DNA from: an uncultured bacterium | GTDB taxonomy: Bacteria; Chloroflexota; UBA5177; JANWHV01 | Direction: 5' to 3' | Length of the DNA stretch: 64,000 nucleotides | Assembly: GCA_963827235.1 (NCBI GenBank) | Contig: CAWHAE010000010.1 | Location: 32,001 to 96,000, forward strand | Part shown: in pieces, positions 31,132 through 41,650 of the stretch | How the letters are laid out: every line of letters begins with the position of its first letter | How positions within the stretch are numbered: the stretch's first letter is position 1 | Made by a program: the position numbers and the translations under genes | Notes under the pieces: model-generated | The model's input: only the letters and a program-made list of their open reading frames with translations | Database searches by the model: none | Told to the model about the DNA's origin: nothing

Positions 31132-31440
31132 GAAGACCCACGGCCATGGGTCTTCCGCTCGGAGGTGAGCACACCCACACCGCTGGGGGCGCGCTAGCCT
31201 GTCCTGCAACTGCTTGGCGGCGACCCACTGGCGGCGGCAGGTAGTGGACAGCGATGCCGGGGACGTTCGTCCTCGCGCAGGACGGTGTAGTGCGCCTGGC
31301 CTTCGTGGACGCCGACTGGACCGAGCGGCTGGAGCCGGCAGCGATCCTGGAGACCTTGCACCAGATCGCCGGCCAGTAGGCGAGACCGGGCCGTGCTTCG
31401 GCGGGTACGTTGTGCCTCGCGAGGGTCGCAGTCACGCCGG

Positions 31441-31818
31441 CTACTTCAGGCTACTCAGAAAGGCTGCAAGGTCGTCTGACTGGCCGGCTGGAGTAGGAGG
31501 TCGCAGGGAGCTAGGGAAGCGAATCTCGTGTTGCAGCCAGGCCAGGCTTCGCCTGCTCCCTTCGTGTGTGAGATCGATAGCGCCGCCCGCCGAGGAGATT
31601 GGATAGAGTGCATGACAGGAGATGCAGGAGCCCGTGGCGAAGTCGTACCGGCCGCGTGCGACAGCTGCCTGCCACGCTCGGTGGTTGTGCCGCGACCACT
31701 GCATCTGGACCAGGATCCCGCCTGCCAGGATAATCGCCGCCAACACCACGACGAGCAGTCGGCGGGCGGTCCTGGCACTCGCACGCCGACCGGTGCGCGC
31801 CGCGTTCGGGCGATCCAT
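31441..31818 (-). CDS. Membrane-anchored monoheme c-type cytochrome
   Basis: N-terminal TM; CISCH heme motif; DLTHEGSRRSLAWL; DDLAAFLSSLK. Confidence 0.75.
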   Translation of the reverse strand: MDRPNAARTGRRASARTARRLLVVVLAAIILAGGILVQMQWSRHNHRAWQAAVARGRYDFATGSCISCHALYPISSAGGAIDLTHEGSRRSLAWLQHEIRFPSSLRPPTPAGQSDDLAAFLSSLK

Positions 31819-32020
31819 GCAGTCTGTCTCCCTGGCACGCCTGGGTCGTGTTTCCGGCGTGGGACGAGGGGAATTCCTTTCCGCTGGCGTATTGAGGATA
31901 CTGTAGCGGGAGGGACGAAGTCATGGTTGGCGTGACTGCCGTCGTGGAGCCAATGGGCCCTCGTCGGCTCGGTGCGGCGAAGCTCGCCACCGGGGTCCTG
32001 CTCGTTTTGTTGGGTCAGCC

Positions 32021-34462
32021 ATGACCAACCAGCGCCGCATGGCGGTCGCGCCGCCCGTCCTTGCGCTGTTGCTCGTGCTGGCCGCCTCGTTGCCCGGGGA
32101 CGCTCGCGCCGGGGCGGTCGGGCGCGGCGTGCAGGTGCGCCAGATCGGTCGCGAGCTGCTGATCGCCAGTCCGGCGCTACACATCAGCGTCGTCATTGGC
32201 GGTACACCCCTGCAGATCGGCGTGATTGGCGCCGGGAATCGGCCGCTGATTCACGGGGCGGTCGGCGTTGCCACACTGACCTTCGGCCTGGATCGGCAGA
32301 CGCTCGCGCGTCTTCTGCCGCGCCGGCGGTTCGCCGGATCCTCAAGCACCCCAATAGTAGTCCACGTGCTCCGGTTACAGGGCTGGCACGCAGATCCCGT
32401 GGGCGCGTCGCTGCTCGCGGCGACGGATGACCCGCTCGGTAGGATGGCACAGCTCACCGTGCAGCTGCGAGCTGCAGGCATGGCGCGGCTGGAAGCGCGG
32501 CTGGCAGATAGTCGCGCCGTCCTCTCCGCCACTCTGACCGTACCCTCCGGCGGCGACGAGCATTTCTTCGGCCTGGGCGAGCAGTTCGGTGGCGTCGACC
32601 AACGGGGCAAGCAGGTGGGAGTGCTGGTTCAGGACGGTATGACCACCATCCGCCCATTGGGCGGCTACGCGCCGGCGCCCTTCTTCGTCAGCACGCGTGG
32701 CTATGGCTTCTTGCTGGCGAGCTTTCGGCCGAGCCGATTCGCGCTCGATGCGGCGCCAGAGACGAACATCTGGCACGTCACGTCTCAGTCCGCGTCATTG
32801 GCCTGGTACGTGCTCGATGGGCCTCTGCCGTCCGACGTCCTGGCACGCTACGCCGATCTGACCGGCCATCCGCCGATGCCCCTGCCCTGGACACTGGGCG
32901 TCTGGAAGACGGCCATCGGTGGCCAGGCACGCGTCCTGGCCGAAGCGCAACGCCTGCGCCAGATGCATATCCCGGTCAGCGTGATCTGGACCTACGACGC
33001 CGTGGACGAGGCGGTCGATCTGGGCTGGCCGTACCCCAACTTCGCGCGCATCCCGCCCGGTCCGTATCCCACCCTGCCGGGCTTCATGGCCGCCCTGCAT
33101 CGCGAAGGCTTCAAGGTACTGGGCTACCTGGCGCCGGAGTTCACACGCAGCCGGCCCGGCTTCACGTACCCGGCGCAACACGGTTATTTCGTCCACGCCT
33201 CGGGCGGCCACATCTACCTGCTCGATTTGACCAATCCCGCCGCACGTGCCTGGTGGGAGGGGAATGAGCGGCAGATACTCAGCACCCTGGGCTTTGACGG
33301 CTGGCTGCTCGACCTGGGGGATAGACTGCCGCCCGACGCCCGCTTCTTCAATGGTCAGGGCGCCGCGGACATGGCCAATCGCTATCCCTTGCTCCTGGCG
33401 CAGTCCGCCCAGGACGCGGTGCGGTCGGTCAAGCCCGATGCCCTCTTCGTGATGCGCTCCGGCTTTTCGGGTGTGCAGTCCCTGCAGCCCGCGGTCTGGC
33501 CCGGCGATCAGCGCGCCAACTGGTCTACCAGCCAAGGCCTGCCGACGGCCATTTCGGCCGGGCTCAGCTGGGGCATCTCCGGTGCGCCGTTCTGGGGCTC
33601 GGACATCGGCGGCTATTTGGACGGCGGCTTGCCGCAGAGTCAACGGGAAGAACTCTGGATGCGCTGGCTGGAGTTCGGCGCTTTCAGCCCTATCATGCGT
33701 GACCAGCTCGGCAACATGGGCTACGGCGCCATCTACCTGTGGAGCAACGCTCGCACGGAAGCAGCCTTCCGCTTCTACGCCCAGCTACACCAATCCTTCT
33801 TCCCCTACCTGTACAGTGCAGCGCGCACCGCTCACCTGACCGGTCTGCCGATCATGCGCCACCTGTTCCTGGCCTATCCGCACGACCCGCGCGTCTATGG
33901 CCTGAACGACGAGTATCTGCTGGGGCCGGACCTGCTGGTGGCGCCAGTCATCACACCGGCTTCCACCAGCCGCCGGGTCTACCTGCCTGCCGGCACGTGG
34001 GTGGACTACTGGACCGGCGCGGTCGCGACCGGCGGCCGCACGCTCAGCGTCGCAGCTCCGATCGACCGGATCCCGCTGTTCGTGCGCGGCGGTGCGCTGC
34101 TGCCGACGCTCGCGGATCCGGGCGATACTCTGGTCCCGGCCGGTGACGCGATGGTGCGGGAAGCCGGTGCCGGCCTGCGCGTCCGGCTCTACGCGGGTGG
34201 ATCGGGAGAGACTGTCACCCTGGCAGACGGCAGCCGCTTGAGCGGGACTCGTACCGCGAGCGGCTACATGTTGCGTGTCACGGGCCCGACCCGCTCGTAC
34301 ATCGTCGAGTTGCCGCTTGTCACAGCGCCACTCTGTGTGCAGGTCGACGGCCATGATCTGGCGCCCGCATCCGGCTGGCGCTTCGAACCGCAGACAGGCT
34401 TGCTGCAGGTGACCATGCGCATGGGCAACGGCACACTCGGCGTCACGGGCGAGGTGCGCTAG
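32021..34462 (+). CDS. Secreted GH31 glycoside hydrolase
   Basis: FFGLGEQF, PFFVSTRGYG, LDLTNPAARAWW, GFDGWLLDLGD (nucleophile), WPGDQ (acid/base), GSDIGGY, YLLGPDLLVAPV. Confidence 0.9.
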   Translation: MTNQRRMAVAPPVLALLLVLAASLPGDARAGAVGRGVQVRQIGRELLIASPALHISVVIGGTPLQIGVIGAGNRPLIHGAVGVATLTFGLDRQTLARLLPRRRFAGSSSTPIVVHVLRLQGWHADPVGASLLAATDDPLGRMAQLTVQLRAAGMARLEARLADSRAVLSATLTVPSGGDEHFFGLGEQFGGVDQRGKQVGVLVQDGMTTIRPLGGYAPAPFFVSTRGYGFLLASFRPSRFALDAAPETNIWHVTSQSASLAWYVLDGPLPSDVLARYADLTGHPPMPLPWTLGVWKTAIGGQARVLAEAQRLRQMHIPVSVIWTYDAVDEAVDLGWPYPNFARIPPGPYPTLPGFMAALHREGFKVLGYLAPEFTRSRPGFTYPAQHGYFVHASGGHIYLLDLTNPAARAWWEGNERQILSTLGFDGWLLDLGDRLPPDARFFNGQGAADMANRYPLLLAQSAQDAVRSVKPDALFVMRSGFSGVQSLQPAVWPGDQRANWSTSQGLPTAISAGLSWGISGAPFWGSDIGGYLDGGLPQSQREELWMRWLEFGAFSPIMRDQLGNMGYGAIYLWSNARTEAAFRFYAQLHQSFFPYLYSAARTAHLTGLPIMRHLFLAYPHDPRVYGLNDEYLLGPDLLVAPVITPASTSRRVYLPAGTWVDYWTGAVATGGRTLSVAAPIDRIPLFVRGGALLPTLADPGDTLVPAGDAMVREAGAGLRVRLYAGGSGETVTLADGSRLSGTRTASGYMLRVTGPTRSYIVELPLVTAPLCVQVDGHDLAPASGWRFEPQTGLLQVTMRMGNGTLGVTGEVR

Positions 34463-36184
34463 GTGTTGCTCGAGCACCGGCGCCGTAAGCCGGAGAAAGC
34501 CGCGGTGCCCGATTCGGAAGACGTCGCGGCCGATCCGGGCGTCGCCGGGCTATCCACCGCCCCTACGGCCGACTGCGACCTTGGCTGGGTTGCGCCGCGT
34601 CGCGCTCGATATCCCTTTGCCGTGGCGCTGGGGCCAATCCTGTGCCTCTCTGCATTCCTGCAGTTCTACCGGTTGGACAGCCTGCAGAGCTTTCACGGCG
34701 ACGAGGGCAGCTTGGTCCTGGCCGCACGGGCCCTGGTTGTGCAGCACCAGTTCCCCGTCTACGGCCTGGCACTGGCGGTCGGGAGCGCACACCTGGGTCC
34801 GCTTTTCGACTACCTGATCGCCGTACCACTCTGGCTATCCGGCTTCAATCCCACGGCCGCGGTGGCGCTGAACGGGGTCTGCCAGGTGGTCGCAGTGGGA
34901 CTGTGCTATGCACTGCTGGCCCGCTACGGCGAGGGGTACGTGGCCGGGCTGGTAGGAGCGCTGGTGCTGGCCACGGCGCAGGAGGTCGTCTACTACTCTC
35001 GCTTCCTTTGGCCGAATATGCTGCCCTGCATGGTGTTGTTGATGTTCTGGAGCTTGCTGGCTTTGCGCGAGGGGCGCCAGTTTCACCTGGCGCTGCTGGG
35101 AATCTGGCTTGGCATCGCGCTGCAGCTGCAGCCTACCGCCATCCTGCTTCTTCCTTTCCTGGCGCTCTATCTTGGCGTGTTCGGACCACCGATCCGTAGC
35201 CGACGATACGCCCTGCTCGGTCTGCTGGCCTTCCTGCGTCCTCTTCGCACCCTCGATCATCCACGACGTCACGCACGGGTTGGTGGAGACGCGGGCCTGG
35301 CTGGCCTATAGTCGCCACAGCAACGGCGGCACGCACGCCCTCGGACCGACCGTTGCCCGCGTGCTCCTGTTGCTGCAGCGCCTGGTGGGTGTTCAGCAGG
35401 CTACGGTGGCGGCCCTGCTCGGCGTGATTCTGCTGAGCGGCGTGTGCGCCCAGGCGATCCTGCCATCCAACGGCTCGCCAGCACCCGGGACGGGTGCTGC
35501 TGCCCTGACGGCGGCAGCCTGCTGGCACGGCTGCTGCTGCTGTACGGTGGAGTCTTCCTTGCAGGCTACCTCCTCTTCGGCTCCCAATTGCGCCCGCACT
35601 ATGCGATGCCGCTCTTCCCGGTGCCGGCGCTCGCGCTGGGACTGCTCGCCGGACGCCGACCGGCTCCCAGCGTCCCGGCGAGGCAGCGAGCGAATCTGCA
35701 GCGCGTGGTGCGCGGAGCAGCGGTGATGATCGCGCTGATGCTGGCCGGCAGCAACGTCCTACACACCTGGCAGGCGAGCTTCCTTCCTGATCGCTACCAG
35801 ATCACGCTGCAGCCGGATCGCTCGAACCTGATCACCCTGGTGCAAATGCGGCAAGTGAGCTCTTACATCGTCCGGCAGGCGGGCAATCAACGCTTCAACC
35901 TGCTCTTTACCGCCCCAGACGACTCAGTCGACGCTTATGCGGCACTACTGCTGGCCGCGGGCGGGCATCTCAGCGGTCATCCGGCACCGCTCCGCTTCGT
36001 CGTTGTGCAGCCGCCAGGCTGGCCCACAGCACAGTGGCCCAGTTGGGTGCGACGGCTGACGGCCTGCGCGGGCCAACCACCGGTGCGATTCCCCGCGGCC
36101 CTCGTGTGGACTGAGCGCGGTCCTGCGAACTGTCCCGCCCACCAGCCGGCATTGGCCGGCAATCTTCGCCGTGTGCATAGCTAA
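34463..36184 (+). pseudogene. ArnT/GT39-like membrane glycosyltransferase split by two compensating frameshifts (possibly sequencing errors)
   Basis: FYRLD..SFHGDEG, HLGPLFDYL, YSRFLWPN, LQLQP; coding signal switches frame at about 35235 and back at about 35470-35515. Confidence 0.7.
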
Positions 36185-36209
36185 AACGAGATACGAAAGG
36201 CATATCGTC

Positions 36210-36924
36210 ATGCAGGCACGACTCCACGTGGTGGCAGTGATCCCGGCGCGCAACGAGGAGCAGGCCATCGCGAAGGTGATCGCGGCACTGCCGTGCAGCA
36301 CTGTGCAGAAGGTGATAGTGGTCGACAACGGAAGCGCCGACGGCACGGCTGCCGTGGCGCGGGCTGCAGGCGCGCTGGTGGTAGAGGAGCCACGTCCAGG
36401 CTATGGCCGGGCCTGTGCAGCCGGTGTCGCCGCCGCGAGCGGTGCTGACGTGCTGCTGTTCCTGGATGGCGACTATAGCGACTTCCCCGAGGAGGCGCCG
36501 CGAGTCCTGGAGCCGATTCTGTGCGGAGCGGCCGACCTGGTGATCGGGTCGCGGCTGCGTGGGCGGCGCGAGCCCGGTGCCCTGGCGCCGCATCAGCTGT
36601 TCGGCAACTGGCTCGTTTCCCGTCTGATGCGCCTGCTCTACGGCTTGCGGATCACGGACTTGGGACCGTTCCGCGCCATCCGAGCCGAATTGCTCGGCGA
36701 CCTGGGGATGCGGGAGATGACCTATGGCTGGCCAACCGAGATGATGGTGAAGGCGGCGCGACGCGGCGCGCGGGTGGTCGAGGTACCGGTCAGCTACCGC
36801 CGGCGCATTGGGCAGTCCAAGATTCTCAGGCACCGTCCGCGGCAGCGTGCTTGCCACCTACTACATCCTGGGCGTCACCGTGCGCTATGCCTTCGGCCGC
36901 CGGCCGGCGAAGGGACGACGCTGA
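36210..36924 (+). CDS. GT2 (DPM1-like) glycosyltransferase, +1 frameshift near 36826
   Basis: VIPARNEE, VVDNGSADGT, GYGRAC, FLDGDYSD, TDLGPFRAIR; the shifted frame restores SKISGTVRGSVLATYYIL. Confidence 0.85.
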
Positions 36925-37165
36925 TCGTTGCCGCGTCCGCTTGCTCAGGACAACGGCCGGAGCGGCGGACGGGAGTGTGTAGGGGGCCCCATACTGCTCC
37001 TAGGTCATGGATCCAGAACCGGGCAGCCGGCCGTAGCTTCTATCAACGATCGCGCTGCGCCGTCTCCATCGCACGATAAGCGCCCCAATCTCCCTATCAT
37101 GGAGAGGGCAAGAATGATTGAGCAGGTACAGGGGTAAGAACCGTCAACACGAGAGAGGAAAGCAC

Positions 37166-38329
37166 ATGAAACGGCGTTTGCTCGCCCTGATAGGGGTGTG
37201 TCTGCTGCTGAGTCTGGCATCGTGGCCCGGTCTGGCCACTCCGACGAGGCAGGCCCGTGCCGCCGAACCCGTCTGGGTGCGCTGGGACCCGGCGAGCAAG
37301 ACGGCGAACGTGACCATCGCCGCCGCGTACAACGAGGTCGGCTCCGGCTTCAACTTCGACGGGTACAACCAGGGGCATCTCACGATCGTCGTGCCGGTGG
37401 GCGCGAAGGTGATCGTCGGCTTTACCAACAGGTCTGCCGTGCCGCACAGCGTGGTGATCACGGCGTATGCCCTGCGAAACAGCGTTGGTCCGTTTCCTCC
37501 AGCCTTCCTCGGCGCATCCATCCCCAATCCGAGCGCGGGCGTAGCCAACCTCAAGGTGCCCGAGGTCTTCTCCTTCACGGCCGGCAAGGTAGGCACGTAC
37601 GCCATGGTTTGCGGCGTGCCGGGGCACGCCGTGGGCGGCATGTGGGACGTGTTCCAGGTCGCCAACGTGGCCACTGCCTCCGCGCAGACGACGGGAACCG
37701 GCTCGACGGGCGCGCCCGTGATGACCATGCCGATCCCCGGTGACGGCACCATGGGCGCCGTCGAGGGGACAGTGACCGATGCCACCAGCGGCAAGCCGAT
37801 CGCCCATGCCTTCATGGTCTTGGGATGGACTACACTGAAGCGAGTGGGCGAGACCGATGCCACCGGCCACTACCGTATCGACCACGTACCGCCGGTGGCG
37901 CTGACCGACGCCTACGGTTTTGCCGAGGGCTACGTGTATTACCACGGCCATCCCATCCCGATCAAGGCCGGCCAGGTGACCGAATACTCCTTCAAGATGC
38001 CCCGTGAGACCTTCCCAAAGGATCTCCTGCCCACGGTCGCCGGCGCAACGATCTCCACGACCACCGCCAAGGCCGGGGATACCATCACCTTTTCGGCGCA
38101 CATCCGGCCCGGAAAGGGCGGGCCGATGTCGGCAGAGGACTTCGCGGTGGACGGCCCGCTCGGCATTTCCGTGCTGCTCGCGCATGTAGGCAGCGATGTC
38201 TACCGAGGCACCTGGCAGGTACCGGCCGGTGTGAAGCCAGGCAGTTATGACTTCGCCGTCTTTGGCGCCATGGAGAATTGCCTGGAGAACCAACCCTACC
38301 AGCACGTGACCCTGACGATTACGGGCTGA
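37166..38329 (+). CDS. Secreted sulfocyanin-like blue copper domain fused to carboxypeptidase-regulatory/Ig-like domains
   Basis: FNFDGY, PHS (His), CGVPGH...GMW (Cys/His/Met); GAVEGTVTDATSGKPI..TDATGHY. Confidence 0.8.
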   Translation: MKRRLLALIGVCLLLSLASWPGLATPTRQARAAEPVWVRWDPASKTANVTIAAAYNEVGSGFNFDGYNQGHLTIVVPVGAKVIVGFTNRSAVPHSVVITAYALRNSVGPFPPAFLGASIPNPSAGVANLKVPEVFSFTAGKVGTYAMVCGVPGHAVGGMWDVFQVANVATASAQTTGTGSTGAPVMTMPIPGDGTMGAVEGTVTDATSGKPIAHAFMVLGWTTLKRVGETDATGHYRIDHVPPVALTDAYGFAEGYVYYHGHPIPIKAGQVTEYSFKMPRETFPKDLLPTVAGATISTTTAKAGDTITFSAHIRPGKGGPMSAEDFAVDGPLGISVLLAHVGSDVYRGTWQVPAGVKPGSYDFAVFGAMENCLENQPYQHVTLTITG

Positions 38330-38600
38330 CGCACCGGCAGAACCTGTTGACGCTGAACACCGGTGAGCATGCATGAGGCTTGGAGGCGGTCAGCTGCACT
38401 CTGCTGCCGAGGGGGCCGTGCGGGTCAGGCCGAGGCCGGCGCTGTGATGCTATGGGTCCGGTCACAGCCTTCCCTGGGTTTGCCGCTGGCACCAACGCGA
38501 CCTGCGTGGACGCCGCACTACTTTGCCTCGGGGCTGATCAGCCTCGCCCGATTCCTGGCCCGACGCTCGGCCGCTCGCGTGTTGTATGCAAGGCCGGGCG

Positions 38601-39509
38601 TCAGAGTGATGCGAGTTCCAGCTGGGGGACGTCATTGGCAACGTCTTCAGTGGTCGCCTGTGCAGGGCCACAGCGGTACACCGATGCTCGGTCTTTGCCG
38701 CTGATCGTGTGCCACAGGCGGGCAAGTTGCTCCGCGGCGCTCCGCAAGGGGAATATAGTGTCCGTGAGGCGCAAATCCTCGCCCATGATCGGGTGCCAGT
38801 AGACCCCGTTCACGTCGACCGTCATCTCGGGCACGATATCCTCGCCCGTGAGCACAGCCCCTTCGCTGGACTGGCCGCGCGCCACCAGGTCGCGCACCAG
38901 CCAATACTCGGATGTGATGCCCAGCGTTTCCAGGAAAGAGGACAACTCCGCCAGGTCGCGTTCAGACTGCGCCGAGGTAGTCGCTGCGACGCGTACGCGG
39001 AAACCACGTTCGCGCAGCAGCCGGATGCCGGCAACCGTCTTGGCCCAGGTCCCCGCTCCGCGGTTGCGATCGTGGATCTCCGGGCTGCCGCTATCCAGGC
39101 TGGTCTGCAGGGTCAAGCCACTACTTTCCGGCAGCCGCAACAGCGACTCGAGGCGTGCCAGGCGCGCACCCTTCCACAGCATGCCGTTCGTCATCAGCGT
39201 CACGGGCATTCGGAGGAGCGCGCAGCGGACCATATCCGTGATTTCCGGCAGCAGGGCCGGCTCGCCGCCCGTGAGGAACACTTCCTCGAAGCCGATATCC
39301 GCTGCCTCATCGATCAGGCGCTCGAAGTCGCCGCGCGGCAGGCCCCGGCGCTCCGCCTGTGGGCTGGATGAGACCAGGCAGTAGGAGCAAGAGAGATTGC
39401 AGTTGTAGTTGGTGTAGACCCACAGGCGAGAGAAGATTCGGCGGCCGTCTGGCCCTTCATGGATCCGGCCACAGACGGGACAACGATCGATCGACGACTG
39501 CACGCTCAT
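38601..39509 (-). CDS. Radical SAM protein (resembles the Rv1681 family)
   Basis: RLWVYTNYNCNLSCSYC (CxxxCxxC), LTGGEP, MTNG, SLDSG..HDRNRGAGTW, PEMTV..GVYWHP; N-terminal CPVC. Confidence 0.85.
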   Translation of the reverse strand: MSVQSSIDRCPVCGRIHEGPDGRRIFSRLWVYTNYNCNLSCSYCLVSSSPQAERRGLPRGDFERLIDEAADIGFEEVFLTGGEPALLPEITDMVRCALLRMPVTLMTNGMLWKGARLARLESLLRLPESSGLTLQTSLDSGSPEIHDRNRGAGTWAKTVAGIRLLRERGFRVRVAATTSAQSERDLAELSSFLETLGITSEYWLVRDLVARGQSSEGAVLTGEDIVPEMTVDVNGVYWHPIMGEDLRLTDTIFPLRSAAEQLARLWHTISGKDRASVYRCGPAQATTEDVANDVPQLELASL

Positions 39510-39702
39510 CTCCTCCTGGCCGGGGCTAACTCGTGCGACACGGCACATGGTACCATAGCGCCGACCGCAAAACCGCCGCGGGCAAACGAATGCAGCGGAC
39601 ATCGTTGGTGGTGCGGCAATCCGGCCGGCCTCGCGTTCCGAAGTCCCGTGCGCGGGAGCTGACGGGCCAGCCGGCCCAGAGTGAGAGGAGGCTTCGGACA
39701 GT

Positions 39703-39969
39703 ATGCATCCACACGAACTCGGCGCCACCGGTACAACTCGATCGCGCCTCGGCGCCGACGCCTTTTACGACGCCGGCAACAAGGGCTGCGGCGACGGGCC
39801 GCTGGACGATATTGCCATGCTGATCCGTAAGATGACGCCGGGCCAGACCGTGGAGATCCGCGCCACCGAGCCGAGCGTGGCCGTCGACCTGCCGGCCTGG
39901 TGCCGTCTGACCGGCCATACCTTGATACAACACGAGGACGACCGCTATTTGGTGCGTCGTAAGGGCTAA
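39703..39969 (+). CDS. TusA/SirA-family sulfur carrier
   Basis: DAGNKGCG, GQTVEIRATEP...DLPAWCRLTGH. Confidence 0.85.
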   Translation: MHPHELGATGTTRSRLGADAFYDAGNKGCGDGPLDDIAMLIRKMTPGQTVEIRATEPSVAVDLPAWCRLTGHTLIQHEDDRYLVRRKG

Positions 39970-39991
39970 TCTCAAGCGAGGGAGTGCGATC

Positions 39992-40351
39992 ATGGGCAAG
40001 GTGCTGATCAACAACACCAACGGCAAGGATAACCTGGAAAGAGCCACGCTCAGCTTCGTCATCGCGAACGCCGCGCTCAGCTCCGACCAGGAAGCGATCG
40101 TGCTGCTGAGCATCGATGGTCCCTGGGTAGCGACGAAGGGCTATGCCGAGGGACTGCAGGCAGAGGGATACCCGCCGCTCAAGGAACTGATTGAAAAGTT
40201 CGTCGCCAACGGCGGCAAGCTGTGGGTCTGCGGCGCCTGCATCAAGCCGCGCAATATCGCGGCCGAGCAGCTGATCGAGGGAGCGCAAATCGTTGGTGCC
40301 GCCAAAGCCGTGGAGGAAATGGTCACCGGCGCGCAGACGCTGTCCTTCTGA
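39992..40351 (+). CDS. DsrE/DsrF-family protein
   Basis: ERATLSFVIANAA, LLSIDG, GGKLWVCGAC..R, LIEGAQIVGA. Confidence 0.85.
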   Translation: MGKVLINNTNGKDNLERATLSFVIANAALSSDQEAIVLLSIDGPWVATKGYAEGLQAEGYPPLKELIEKFVANGGKLWVCGACIKPRNIAAEQLIEGAQIVGAAKAVEEMVTGAQTLSF

Positions 40352-40376
40352 GGCGCACGGCGAGCACATAGTGGCG

Positions 40377-40919
40377 ATGCACGAGCAGCCCTGGGTGACG
40401 CTGAGCACGCGCGAGATCTACCAGAATCCCTGGACCCGGGTGCGCGAAGATGTGGTGCAGTTGCCCGATGGCCGCACCACCCTCTACGGAGTGGTGACCT
40501 TCGGCGAGTGCGTGGGCATGTTGCCGCTGGCGGATGACGGGCGGGTGTTGCTGGTGCAGCAATACCGCTACGTGCAGGGGGCCGTGACCTGGGAGATGCC
40601 GACCGGCGGCGTCAAGGCAGGTGAGGGGATCGAGAAGGCCGCGCGCCGCGAGCTGCTCGAGGAGGGCGGGCTCCAGGCCGGCCGGATGACTCATATCTCG
40701 ACCTTCCACACCAGCAAGAGCGTCGTGCGCGAGACCGCTCATCTATTCCTGGCTCAGGAGTTGACTGCCGTCGAGGCGCATGAGCGCGACGAGACTGAGT
40801 TCATCGCCACCGCCTGGAGGCCGTTCGAGGAGGTGCTCCAGATGGTGCTTGCCAACGAGATCGTGGACAGCATGACCGTGATCGCCGTGCTCACGGCCGC
40901 CCGCCGGCTGGGAATCTGA
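40377..40919 (+). CDS. Nudix hydrolase (ADP-ribose/NDP-sugar pyrophosphatase type)
   Basis: QYRY, WEMPTGG...GE..EKAARRELLEEGG Nudix box. Confidence 0.9.
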   Translation: MHEQPWVTLSTREIYQNPWTRVREDVVQLPDGRTTLYGVVTFGECVGMLPLADDGRVLLVQQYRYVQGAVTWEMPTGGVKAGEGIEKAARRELLEEGGLQAGRMTHISTFHTSKSVVRETAHLFLAQELTAVEAHERDETEFIATAWRPFEEVLQMVLANEIVDSMTVIAVLTAARRLGI

Positions 40920-40921
40920 CG

Positions 40922-41650
40922 ATGTGTGAAGAGGCGCGTCGGCTGCTGGTCATCGTCTGCCGGAATCCGCAGGCAGGCCGGGTCAAGACACGGCTGATCC
41001 CAGCTCTGGGGGAGGAAGGTGCGCGCGCGCTCTACCGGGCGTTTCTCCAGGATATCGGCACGCGGTTTGCAGGGCATGCGTACGAGCTGGTCTGGGCGTA
41101 TACGCCCGAGGGCGGCGCTCCGCCGGCCGCACTCACGCCCGGATCGGTGCTCGTGCAGGAAGGGCCGGACCTGGGCCACCGTCTGCTCCACATCTTCAGC
41201 TGGGCGATCGATGCCGGCTTCGCTCCAGTGGTGGTGATCAGCTCGGATGTGCCGCACCTGCCGTCTGAGGTGGTAGAGAGCGCGTTCGCGGCGCTTGCCG
41301 CGAGCGATGTCGTGCTCGCGCCGTCGGATGATGGAGGGTACCACTTGGTCGGCATGTCCGCCGCGCACGATATCTTCACGATGGTGCCGATGAGCACCTC
41401 GTCCGTGCTTGCCCAAACACTCCGAGTGATCGCGCAGCGCGGGCTGTCGCTGCAGCTGCTCGCCGGCGATTTCGACGTCGATCTCCCCGAAGATTTGCCT
41501 CGGCTGGCCGCGCGCCTTGAGCGGGATGTGACATTGTGCGACGGCTATTCCGCGCGGCTCCTCCGCGACGCTCTGACGCTCCGCGCCGCTCAGGCCGTCA
41601 CGGGCACAGCCGGAGAACTCCCCGGGAGGAGTGTGTTGGGGGCAGGGTAG
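40922..41650 (+). CDS. DUF2064 / TIGR04282-type nucleotidyl- or glycosyltransferase
   Basis: P.AGRVKTRL, QEGPDLGHRL, SDVPHL, LAPSDDGGYHLVG, MST..V...T, DVDLPEDL. Confidence 0.85.
   Translation: MCEEARRLLVIVCRNPQAGRVKTRLIPALGEEGARALYRAFLQDIGTRFAGHAYELVWAYTPEGGAPPAALTPGSVLVQEGPDLGHRLLHIFSWAIDAGFAPVVVISSDVPHLPSEVVESAFAALAASDVVLAPSDDGGYHLVGMSAAHDIFTMVPMSTSSVLAQTLRVIAQRGLSLQLLAGDFDVDLPEDLPRLAARLERDVTLCDGYSARLLRDALTLRAAQAVTGTAGELPGRSVLGAG

Noticed and set aside
32021-34462. Calling the GH31 a sulfoquinovosidase because of nearby sulfur carriers
   Set aside because: Nucleophile motif is WLLDLGD rather than WMADFGE, and sulfonate-binding residues cannot be confirmed by eye
38601-41650. Selenoprotein (in-frame UGA) in rSAM, TusA or DsrE
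   Set aside because: Active-site positions are Cys codons; no in-frame UGA at conserved sites
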